From positions 157,959 to 221,958 of the forward strand of contig JBHGNT010000042.1 in assembly GCA_043228905.1 (NCBI GenBank): a stretch of 64,000 bases of DNA. The letters are read 5' to 3'. The position numbers were made by a program, and so were the translations under genes. How positions within the stretch are numbered: the first letter of the stretch is position 1; each line of letters starts with the position of its first letter. This DNA comes from Azolla caroliniana (Eukaryota > Plantae > Polypodiophyta). The notes under the pieces were generated by a model. The model was given only the letters and a program-made list of their open reading frames with translations, was not told the DNA's origin and did no database searches. Positions 53,001 through 63,900 of this stretch are shown here, one piece after another.

Positions 53001-56000
53001 TGTGTTCAAACATGGGAATCGAAGTTAACAACGCTTGCTATAATATGGAGTAAAAAAATCAAGATTTTGAAACTCAGGTCGAGAGACATGAATAAATTAG
53101 CAAATTTGAGGCGGGAGTGGACAAGAGCAACTAGGTAAATTAAAATGTTCATACCTGGCTCCTGTGATATCGGATTTCTGTGTTCAAACCTGCGAATCGA
53201 AGCTAATAACGCTAGCTTCGATATGGAATTAAAAAATCAAGATTTTGAAACTCACCTCGAGAGAGATGAAGAAATTAGCAAATTTGAGGAGGTAGTGGAG
53301 AAGAGCGCGTTAGTAAATTAAAATGTTCATACCTGGCTCGTGTGATATCGGATTTCTGTGTTTAAAAATGCGAATCGAAGCTAACAACGCTAGCTCTGAT
53401 ATGGAATGAAAAAATCAAGATTTTGAAACTCAGGTCGAGAGACATGAATAAATTAGCAAATTTGAGGAGGGAGTGGACGAGAGCAACTAGGTAAATTGAA
53501 ATGTTCATACCTGGCTCCTGTGATATCGGATTTCTGTGTTCAAACCTGCGAATCGAAGCTAATAACGCTAGCTCTGATATGGAATTAAAAAATCAAGATT
53601 TTGAAACTGAGGTCGACAGAAATGAAGAAATTAGCAAATTTGAGGAGGTAGTGGAGAAGAGCGCGTTAGTAAATAAAAATGTTCATACCTGGCTCGTGTG
53701 ATATCGGATTTCTGTGTTTAAAAATGCGAATCGAAGCTAACAACGCTAGCTCTGATATGGAATCAAAAAATCAAGATTTTGAAACTCAGGTCGAGAGACA
53801 TGAATAAATTAGCAAATTTGAGGAGGGAGTGGACAAGAGCAACTAGGTAAATTAAAATGTTCCTACCTGGCTCCTGTGATATCGGATTTATGTGTTCAAA
53901 CATGCGAATCGAAGCTAATAACACTATCTCTAATATGGAATTAAAAAATCAAGATTTTGAAACTCAGGTCGAAACACATGAAGAAATTAGCAAATTTGAG
54001 GAGGTAGTGGAGAAGATCGCGTTAGTAAATTAAAATGTTCATACCTGGCTCGTGTGATCTCGGATTTTTGTGTTCAAACATGCGAATAGAAGCTAATAAC
54101 GCTATCTCTGATATGAAAATAAAAAATCAAGATTTTGAAACTCAGGTCGAGAGACATGAAGAAATTAGCAAATTTGAGGAGGGAGTTTAGAAGAGCGCGT
54201 TAGTAAATTAAAATGTTCATACCTGGCTTCTGTGACATTGGATTTCTGTGTTCAAACATGCGAATCGAAGTTAACAACGCTTGTTATAATATGGAGTAAA
54301 AAAATCAAGATTTTGAAACTCAGGTCGAGAGACATGAATAAATTAGCAAATTTGAGGCGGGAGTGGACAAGAGCAACTAGGTAAATTAAAATGTTCATAC
54401 CTGGCTCCTGTGATATCGGATTTATATGTTCAAACATGTGAATCGAAGCTAATAACACTATCTCTAATATGGAATTAAAAAATCAAGATTTTGAAACTCA
54501 GGTCGAAAGACATGAAGAAATTAGCAAATTTGAGGAGGTAGTGGAGAAGATCGCGTTAGTAAATTAAAATGTTCATACCTGGCTCGTGTGATCTCGGATT
54601 TTTGTGTTCAAACATGCGAATCGAAGCTAATAACGCTATCTCTGATATGAAAATAAAAAATCAAGATTTTGCAACTCAGGTCGAGAGACATGAAGAAATT
54701 AGCAAATTTGAGGAGGGAGTTTAGAAGAGCGCGTTAGTAAATTAAAATGTTCATACCTGGCTTCTGTGACATTGGATTTCTGTGTTCAAACATGGGAATC
54801 GAAGTTAACAACGCTTGCTATAATATGGAGTAAAAAAATCAAGATTTTGAAACTCAGCTCGAGAGACATGAATAAATTAGCAAATTTGAGGCGGGAGTGG
54901 ACAAGAGCAACTAGGTAAATTAAAATGTTCATACCTGGCTCCTGTGATATCGGATTTCTGTGTTCAAACCTGCGAATCGAAGCTAATAACGCTAGCTCCG
55001 ATATGGAATTAAAAAATCAAGATTTTGAAACTCACCTCGAGAGAGATGAAGAAATTAGCAAATTTGAGGAGGTAGTGGAGAAGAGCGCGTTAGTAAATTA
55101 AAATGTTCATACCTGGCTCGTGTGATATCGGATTTCTGTGTTTAAAAATGCGAATCGAAGCTAACAACGCTAGCTCTGATATGGAATGAAAAAATCAAGA
55201 TTTTGAAACTCAGGTCGAGAGACATGAATAAATTAGCAAATTTGAGGAGGGAGTGGACGAGAGCAACTAGGTAAATTGAAATGTTCATACCTGGCTCCTG
55301 TGATATCGGATTTCTGTGTTCAAACCTGCGAATCGAAGCTAATAACGCTAGCTCTGATATGGAATTAAAAAATCAAGATTTTGAAACTGAGGTCGACAGA
55401 AATGAAGAAATTAGCAAATTTGAGGAGGTAGTGGAGAAGAGCGCGTTAGTAAATAAAAATGTTCATACCTGGCTCGTGTGATATCGGATTTCTGTGTTTA
55501 AAAATGCGAATCGAAGCTAACAACGCTAGCTCTGATATGGAATGAAAAAATCAAGATTTTGAAACTCAGGTCGAGAGACATGAATAAATTAGCAAATTTG
55601 AGGAGGGAGTGGACAAGAGCAACTAGGTAAATTAAAATGTTCCTACCTGGCTCCTGTGATATCGGATTTATGTGTTCAAACATGCGAATCGAAGCTAATA
55701 ACACTATCTCTAATATGGAATTAAAAAATCAAGATTTTGAAACTCAGGTCGAAAGACATGAAGAAATTAGCAAATTTGAGGAGGTAGTGGAGAAGATCGC
55801 GTTAGTAAATTAAAATGTTCATACCTGGCTCGTGTGATCTCGGATTTTTGTGTTCAAACATGCGAATAGAAGCTAATAACGCTATCTCTGATATGAAAAT
55901 AAAAAATCAAGATTTTGAAACTCAGGTCGAGAGACATGAAGAAATTAGCAAATTTGAGGAGGGAGTTTAGAAGAGCGCGTTAGTAAATTAAAATGTTCAT

Positions 56001-59000
56001 ACCTGGCTTCTGTGACATTGGATTTCTGTGTTCAAACATGCGAATCGAAGTTAACAACGCTTGCTATAATATGGAGTAAAAAAATCAAGATTTTGAAACT
56101 CAGGTCGAGAGACATGAATAAATTAGCAAATTTGAGGCGGGAGTGGACAAGAGCAACTAGGTAAATTAAAATGTTCATACCTGGCTCCTGTGATATCGGA
56201 TTTCTGTGTTCAAACCTGCGAATCGAAGCTAATAACGCTAGCTCCGATATGGAATTAAAAAATCAAGATTTTGAAACTCACCTCGAGAGAGATGAAGAAA
56301 TTAGCAAATTTGAGGAGGTAGTGGAGAAGAGCGCGTTAGTAAATTAAAATGTTCATACCTGGCTCGTGTGATATCGGATTTCTGTGTTTAAAAATGCGAA
56401 TCGAAGCTAACAACGCTAGCTCTGATATGGAATGAAAAAATCAAGATTTTGAAACTCAGGTCGAGAGACATGAATAAATTAGCAAATTTGAGGAGGGAGT
56501 GGACGAGAGCAACTAGGTAAATTGAAATGTTCATACCTGGCTCCTGTGATATCGGATTTCTGTGTTCAAACCTGCGAATCGAAGCTAATAACGCTAGCTC
56601 TGATATGGAATTAAAAAATCAAGATTTTGAAACTGAGGTCGACAGAAATGAAGAAATTAGCAAATTTGAGGAGGTAGTGGAGAAGAGCGCGTTAGTAAAT
56701 AAAAATGTTCATACCTGGCTCGTGTGATATCGGATTTCTGTGTTTAAAAATGCGAATCGAAGCTAACAACGCTAGCTCTGATATGGAATTAAAAAATCAA
56801 GATTTTGAAACTCAGGTCGAGAGACATGAATAAATTAGCAAATTTGAGGAGGGAGTGGACAAGAGCAACTAGGTAAATTAAAATGTTCCTACCTGGCTCC
56901 TGTGATATCGGATTTATGTGTTCAAACATGCGAATCGAAGCTAATAACACTATCTCTAATATGGAATTAAAAAATCAAGATTTTGAAACTCAGGTCGAAA
57001 GACATGAAGAAATTAGCAAATTTGAGGAGGTAGTGGAGAAGATCGCGTTAGTAAATTAAAATGTTCATACCTGGCTCGTGTGATCTCGGATTTTTGTGTT
57101 CAAACATGCGAATAGAAGCTAATAACGCTATCTCTGATATGAAAATAAAAAATCAAGATTTTGAAACTCAGGTCGAGAGACATGAAGAAATTAGCAAATT
57201 TGAGGAGGGAGTTTAGAAGAGCGCGTTAGTAAATTAAAATGTTCATACCTGGCTTCTGTGACATTGGATTTCTGTGTTCAAACATGCGAATCGAAGTTAA
57301 CAACGCTTGTTATAATATGGAGTAAAAAAATCAAGATTTTGAAACTCAGGTCGAGAGACATGAATAAATTAGCAAATTTGAGGCGGGAGTGGACAAGAGC
57401 AACTAGGTAAATTAAAATGTTCATACCTGGCTCCTGTGATATCGGATTTATGTGTTCAAACATGCGAATCGAAGCTAATAACACTATCTCTAATATGGAA
57501 TTAAAAAATCAAGATTTTGAAACTCAGGTCGAAAGACATGAAGAAATTAGCAAATTTGAGGAGGTAGTGGAGAAGATCGCGTTAGTAAATTAAAATGTTC
57601 ATACCTGGCTCGTGTGATCTCGGATTTTTGTGTTCAAACATGCGAATCGAAGCTAATAACGCTATCTCTGATATGAAAATAAAAAATCAAGATTTTGAAA
57701 CTCAGGTCGAGAGACATGAAGAAATTAGCAAATTTGAGGAGGGAGTTTAGAAGAGCGCGTTAGTAAATTAAAATGTTCATACCTGGCTTCTGTGACATTG
57801 GATTTCTGTGTTCAAACATGGGAATCGAAGTTAACAACGCTTGCTATAATATGGAGTAAAAAAATCAAGATTTTGAAACTCAGGTCGAGAGACATGAATA
57901 AATTAGCAAATTTGAGGCGGGAGTGGACAAGAGCAACTAGGTAAATTAAAATGTTCATACCTGGCTCCTGTGATATCGGATTTCTGTGTTCAAACCTGCG
58001 AATCGAAGCTAATAACGCTAGCTCCGATATGGAATTAAAAAATCAAGATTTTGAAACTCACCTCGAGAGAGATGAAGAAATTAGCAAATTTGAGGAGGTA
58101 GTGGAGAAGAGCGCGTTAGTAAATTAAAATGGTCATACCTGGCTCGTGTGATATCGGATTTCTGTGTTTAAAAATGCGAATCGAAACTAACAACGCTAGC
58201 TCTGAAACGGAATGAAAAAATCAAGATTTTGAAACTCAGGTCGAGAGACATGAATAAATTAGCAAATTTGAGGAGGGAGTGGACGAGAGCAACTAGGTAA
58301 ATTGAAATGTTCATACCTGGCTCCTGTGATATCGGATTTCTGTGTTCAAACCTGCGAATCGAAGCTAATAACGCTAGCTCTGATATGGAATTAAAAAATC
58401 AAGATTTTGAAACTGAGGTCGACAGAAATGAAGAAATTAGCAAATTTGAGGAGGTAGTGGAGAAGAGCGCGTTAGTAAATTAAAATGTTCATACCTGGCT
58501 CGTGTGATATCGGATTTCTGTGTTTAAAAATGCGAATCGAAGCTAACAACGCTAGCTCTGATATGGAATTAAATAATCAAGATTTTGAAACTCACCTCGA
58601 GAGAGATGAAGAAATTAGCAAATTTGAGGAGGGAGTTTAGAAGAGCGCGTTAGTAAATTAAAATGTTCCTACCTGGCTTCTGTGACATTGGATTTCTGTG
58701 TTCAAACATGCGAATCGAAGTTAACAACGCTTGCTATAATATGGAGTAAAAAAATCAAGATTTTGAAACTCAGGTCGAGAGACATGAATAAATTAGCAAA
58801 TTTGAGGCGGGAGTGGACAAGAGCAACTAGGTAAATTAAAATGTTCATACCTGGCTCCTGTGATATCGGATTTCTGTGTTCAAACCTGCGAATCGAAGCT
58901 AATAACGCTAGCTCCGATATGGAATTAAAAAATCAAGATTTTGAAACTCACCTCGAGAGAGATGAAGAAATTAGCAAATTTGAGGAGGTAGTGGAGAAGA

Positions 59001-60912
59001 GCGCGTTAGTAAATTAAAATGTTCATACCTGGCTCGTGTGATATCGGATTTCTGTGTTTAAAAATGCGAATCGAAGCTAACAACGCTAGCTCTGATATGG
59101 AATGAAAAAATCAAGATTTTGAAACTCAGGTCGAGAGACATGAATAAATTAGCAAATTTGAGGCGGGAGTTGACAAGAGCAACTAGGTAAATTAAAATGT
59201 TCATACCTGGCTCCTGTGATATCGGATTTCTGTGTTCAAACATGCGAATCGAAGCTAATAACGCTAGCTCTGATATGGAATTAAAAAATGAAGATTTTTA
59301 AACTCACCTCGAGAGAGATGAAGAAATTAGCAAATTTGAGGAGGTAGTGGAGAAGAGCGCGTTAGTAAATTAAAATGTTCATACCTGGCTCGTGTGATAT
59401 CGGATTTCTGTGTTCAAACATGCGAATCGAAGCTAATAACGCTAGTTCTGATATGGAATTAAAAAATCAAGATTTTGAAACTCAGGTCGACAAACATGAA
59501 GAAATTAGCAAATTTGAGGAGGTCGTGGAGAAGAGCGCGTTAGTAAATTAAAATGTTCATACCTGGCTCGTGTGATATTGGATTTTTATGTTTAAACATG
59601 CGAATCGAAGCTAATAACGCTATCTCTGATATGAAAATAAAAAATCAAGATTTTGAAACTCAGGTCGAGAGACATGAAGAAATTAGCAAATTTGAGGAGG
59701 GAGTTTAGAAGAGCGCGTTAGTAAATTAAAATGTTCATACCTGGCTTCTGTGACATTGGATTTCTGTGTTCAAACATGCGAATCGAAGTTAACAACGCTT
59801 GTTATAATATGGAGTAAAAAAATCAAGATTTTGAAACTCAGGTCGAGAGACATGAATAAATTAGCAAATTTGAGGCGGGAGTGGACAAGAGCAACTAGGT
59901 AAATTAAAATGTTCATACCTGGCTCCTGTGATATCGGATTTATGTGTTCAAACATGCGAATCGAAGCTAATAACACTTTCTCTAATATGGAATTAAAAAA
60001 TCAAGATTTTGAAACTCAGGTCGAAAGACATGAAGAAATTAGCAAATTTGAGGAGGTAGTGGAGAAGATCGCGTTAGTAAATTAAAATGTTCATACCTGG
60101 CTCGTGTGATCTCGGATTTTTGTGTTCAAACATGCGAATCGAAGCTAATAACGCTATCTCTGATATGAAAATAAAAAATCAAGATTTTGAAACTCAGGTC
60201 GAGAGACATGAAGAAATTAGCAAATTTGAGGAGGGAGTTTAGAAGAGCGCGTTAGTAAATTAAAATGTTCATACCTGGCTTCTGTGACATTGGATTTCTG
60301 TGTTCAAACATGGGAATCGAAGTTAACAACGCTTGCTATAATATGGAGTAAAAAAATCAAGATTTTGAAACTCAGGTCGAGAGACATGAATAAATTAGCA
60401 AATTTGAGGCGGGAGTGGACAAGAGCAACTAGGTAAATTAAAATGTTCATACCTGGCTCCTGTGATATCGGATTTCTGTGTTCAAACCTGCGAATCGAAG
60501 CTAATAAAGCTAGCTCCGATATGGAATTAAAAAATCAAGATTTTGAAACTCACCTCGAGAGAGATGAAGAAATTAGCAAATTTGAGGAGGTAGTGGAGAA
60601 GAGCGCGTTAGTAAATTAAAATGGTCATACCTGGCTCGTGTGATATCGGATTTCTGTGTTTAAAAATGCGAATCGAAACTAACAACGCTAGCTCTGAAAC
60701 GGAATGAAAAAATCAAGATTTTGAAACTCAGGTCGAGAGACATGAATAAATTAGCAAATTTGAGGAGGGAGTGGACGAGAGCAACTAGGTAAATTGAAAT
60801 GTTCATACCTGGCTCCTGTGATATCGGATTTCTGTGTTCAAACCTGCGAATCGAAGCTAATAACGCTAGCTCTGATATGGAATTAAAAAATCAAGATTTT
60901 GAAACTGAGGTC
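44050..60912 (+). repeat. Distal domain built on a 10-monomer HOR (1780 bp) with 7-, 13- and 14-mer variants
   Basis: The marker 'ggacgagagc...aattgaaATG' has its ATG at 45135, 46915, 49229, 51721, 53501, 55281, 56527, 58307 and 60799. The spacings are 10, 13, 14, 10, 10, 7, 10 and 14 monomers. Confidence 0.9.
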
Positions 60913-63900
60913 TAGGGTTTAGGGTTTAGGGTTTAGGGTTTAGGGGTTTAGGGTTTAGGGTTTAGGGTTTAGGGTTTAGGGTTTAGGGGTTTAGGGTTTA
61001 GGGTTTAGGGTTTAGGGTTTAGGGTTTAGGGGTTTAGGGTTTAGGGTTTAGGGTTTAGGGTTTAGGGTTTAGGGTTTAGGGTTTAGGGTTTAGGGTTTAG
61101 GGTTTAGGGTTTAGGGTTTAGGGTTTAGGGTTTAGGGTTTAGGGTTTAGGGTTTAGGGTTTAGGGTTTAGGGTTTAGGGTTTAGGGTTTAGGGTTTAGGG
61201 TTTAGGGTTTAGGGTTTAGGGTTTAGGGTTTAGGGTTTAGGGTTTAGGGTTTAGGGTTTAGGGTTTAGGGTTTAGGGTTTAGGGTTTAGGGTTTAGGGTT
61301 TAGGGTTTAGGGTTTAGGGTTTAGGGTTTAGGGTTTAGGGTTTAGGGTTTAGGGTTTAGGGTTTAGGGTTTAGGGTTTAGGGTTTAGGGTTTAGGGTTTA
61401 GGGTTTAGGGTTTAGGGTTTAGGGTTTAGGGTTTAGGGTTTAGGGTTTAGGGTTTAGGGTTTAGGGTTTAGGGTTTAGGGTTTAGGGTTTAGGGTTTAGG
61501 GTTTAGGGTTTAGGGTTTAGGGTTTAGGGTTTAGGGTTTAGGGTTTAGGGTTTAGGGTTTAGGGTTTAGGGTTTAGGGTTTAGGGTTTAGGGTTTAGGGT
61601 TTAGGGTTTAGGGTTTAGGGTTTAGGGTTTAGGGTTTAGGGTTTAGGGTTTAGGGTTTAGGGTTTAGGGTTTAGGGTTTAGGGTTTAGGGTTTAGGGTTT
61701 AGGGTTTAGGGTTTAGGGTTTAGGGTTTAGGGTTTAGGGTTTAGGGTTTAGGGTTTAGGGTTTAGGGTTTAGGGTTTAGGGTTTAGGGTTTAGGGTTTAG
61801 GGTTTAGGGTTTAGGGTTTAGGGTTTAGGGTTTAGGGTTTAGGGTTTAGGGTTTAGGGTTTAGGGTTTAGGGTTTAGGGTTTAGGGTTTAGGGTTTAGGG
61901 TTTAGGGTTTAGGGTTTAGGGTTTAGGGTTTAGGGTTTAGGGTTTAGGGTTTAGGGTTTAGGGTTTAGGGTTTAGGGTTTAGGGTTTAGGGTTTAGGGTT
62001 TAGGGTTTAGGGTTTAGGGTTTAGGGTTTAGGGTTTAGGGTTTAGGGTTTAGGGTTTAGGGTTTAGGGTTTAGGGTTTAGGGTTTAGGGTTTAGGGTTTA
62101 GGGTTTAGGGTTTAGGGTTTAGGGTTTAGGGTTTAGGGTTTAGGGTTTAGGGTTTAGGGTTTAGGGTTTAGGGTTTAGGGTTTAGGGTTTAGGGTTTAGG
62201 GTTTAGGGTTTAGGGTTTAGGGTTTAGGGTTTAGGGTTTAGGGTTTAGGGTTTAGGGTTTAGGGTTTAGGGTTTAGGGTTTAGGGTTTAGGGTTTAGGGT
62301 TTAGGGTTTAGGGTTTAGGGTTTAGGGTTTAGGGTTTAGGGTTTAGGGTTTAGGGTTTAGGGTTTAGGGTTTAGGGTTTAGGGTTTAGGGTTTAGGGTTT
62401 AGGGTTTAGGGTTTAGGGTTTAGGGTTTAGGGTTTAGGGTTTAGGGTTTAGGGTTTAGGGTTTAGGGTTTAGGGTTTAGGGTTTAGGGTTTAGGGTTTAG
62501 GGTTTAGGGTTTAGGGTTTAGGGTTTAGGGTTTAGGGTTTAGGGTTTAGGGTTTAGGGTTTAGGGTTTAGGGTTTAGGGTTTAGGGTTTTTTAGGGTTTT
62601 TTAGGGTTTTTTTTAGGGTTTTTTAGGGTTTTTTAGGGTTTTTTAGGGTTTTTTAGGGTTTTTTAGGGTTTAGGGTTTAGGGTTTTTTTTTTTTTTTTAG
62701 GGTTTTTTTTTTTTTTTTAGGGTTTTTTAGGGTTTTTTTTTTTTTTTTTTTTTTGGGTTTAGGGTTTAGGGTTTTTAGGGTTTAGGGTTTAGGGTTTTTT
62801 TAGGGTTTTTTTTTTTAGGGTTTAGGGTTTAGGGTTTAGGGTTTAGGGTTTAGGGGTTTAGGGTTTAGGGTTTAGGGTTTAGGGTTTAGGGTTTAGGGTT
62901 TAGGGTTTAGGGTTTAGGGTTTAGGGTTTAGGGTTTGGGGTTTAGGGTTTAGGGTTTAGGGTTTAGGGTTTAGGGTTTAGGGTTTAGGGTTTAGGGTTTA
63001 GGGTTTAGGGTTTAGGGTTTAGGGTTTAGGGTTTAGGGTTTAGGGTTTAGGGTTTAGGGTTTAGGGTTTAGGGTTTAGGGTTTAGGGTTTAGGGTTTAGG
63101 GTTTAGGGTTTAGGGTTTAGGGTTTAGGGTTTAGGGTTTAGGGTTTAGGGTTTAGGGTTTAGGGTTTAGGGTTTAGGGTTTAGGGTTTAGGGTTTAGGGT
63201 TTAGGGTTTAGGGTTTAGGGTTTAGGGTTTAGGGTTTAGGGTTTAGGGTTTAGGGTTTAGGGTTTAGGGTTTAGGGTTTAGGGTTTAGGGTTTAGGGTTT
63301 AGGGTTTAGGGTTTAGGGTTTAGGGTTTAGGGTTTAGGGTTTAGGGTTTAGGGTTTAGGGTTTAGGGTTTAGGGTTTAGGGTTTAGGGTTTAGGGTTTAG
63401 GGTTTAGGGTTTAGGGTTTAGGGTTTAGGGTTTAGGGTTTAGGGTTTAGGGTTTAGGGTTTAGGGTTTAGGGTTTAGGGTTTAGGGTTTAGGGTTTAGGG
63501 TTTAGGGTTTAGGGTTTAGGGTTTAGGGTTTAGGGTTTAGGGTTTAGGGTTTAGGGTTTAGGGTTTAGGGTTTAGGGTTTAGGGTTTAGGGTTTAGGGTT
63601 TAGGGTTTAGGGTTTAGGGTTTAGGGTTTAGGGTTAGGGTTTAGGGTTTAGGGTTTAGGGTTTAGGGTTTAGGGTTTAGGGTTTAGGGTTTAGGGTTTAG
63701 GGTTTAGGGTTTAGGGTTTAGGGTTTAGGGTTTTAGGGTTTAGGGTTTAGGGTTTAGGGTTTAGGGTTTAGGGTTTTAGGGTTTAGGGTTTAGGGTTTAG
63801 GGTTTAGGGGTTTAGGGTTTAGGGTTTAGGGTTTTAGGGTTTAGGGTTTAGGGTTTAGGGTTTAGGGTTTAGGGTTTAGGGTTTAGGGTTTAGGGTTTAG

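Larger units (their letters stand above)
1..60912 (+). repeat. 178-bp tandem satellite array (~342 monomers, head-to-tail, one orientation; open at the left edge of the window)
   Basis: 'tgagg' at 1 recurs at 179. The core motifs AAATGTTCATACCTGGCT, GCGAATCGAAG, AAAATCAAGATTTTGAAACTC and GAAATTAGCAAATTTGAGG recur every 178 bp. ORF-track spacings are multiples of 178 once the visible indels are counted. Representative monomer: aaatgttcatacctggctcgtgtgatatcggatttctgtgtttaaacatgcgaatcgaagctaataacgctatctctgatttgaaattaaaaaatcaagattttgaaactcaggtcgagagacatgaagaaattagcaaatttgaggaggtagtggagaagatcgcgttagtaaatta. Confidence 0.99.

Noticed and set aside
434-59976. Dozens of 60-117-aa ORFs (MLLASIRMFEH..., MFIPGSCDIG..., MDFCVQTCES...)
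   Set aside because: They are translations of the 178-bp satellite and recur at HOR spacings on both strands. The monomer length is not a multiple of 3, there is no recognisable domain, and their presence depends on single SNPs removing stop codons.
1-60912. CRISPR-like array or diversity-generating cassette system (conserved blocks alternating with variable blocks)
   Set aside because: The variable blocks are a few homologous alleles, not unique spacers. The whole 178 bp is repeated, there are no cas, RT or recombinase genes, and the context is a eukaryotic telomere.
1-60912. Identification as Arabidopsis thaliana CEN178
   Set aside because: The length matches, but I see no resemblance to the CEN178 consensus as I recall it (for example no AAGCTTCTTCTTGCTTCTCAAAG motif). 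A BLAST search is needed to assign the family.
1-60912. 5S rDNA, tRNA or snRNA tandem gene array
   Set aside because: No 5S rRNA sequence, tRNA cloverleaf or Pol III A/B/C boxes are recognisable in the monomer.
62849-63840. Scattered distal telomere variants (TTTAGGGG, TTTGGGG, TTAGGG, TTTTAGGG)
   Set aside because: These are isolated, aperiodic single-base changes near the sequence end, indistinguishable from sequencing error or ordinary telomerase infidelity.
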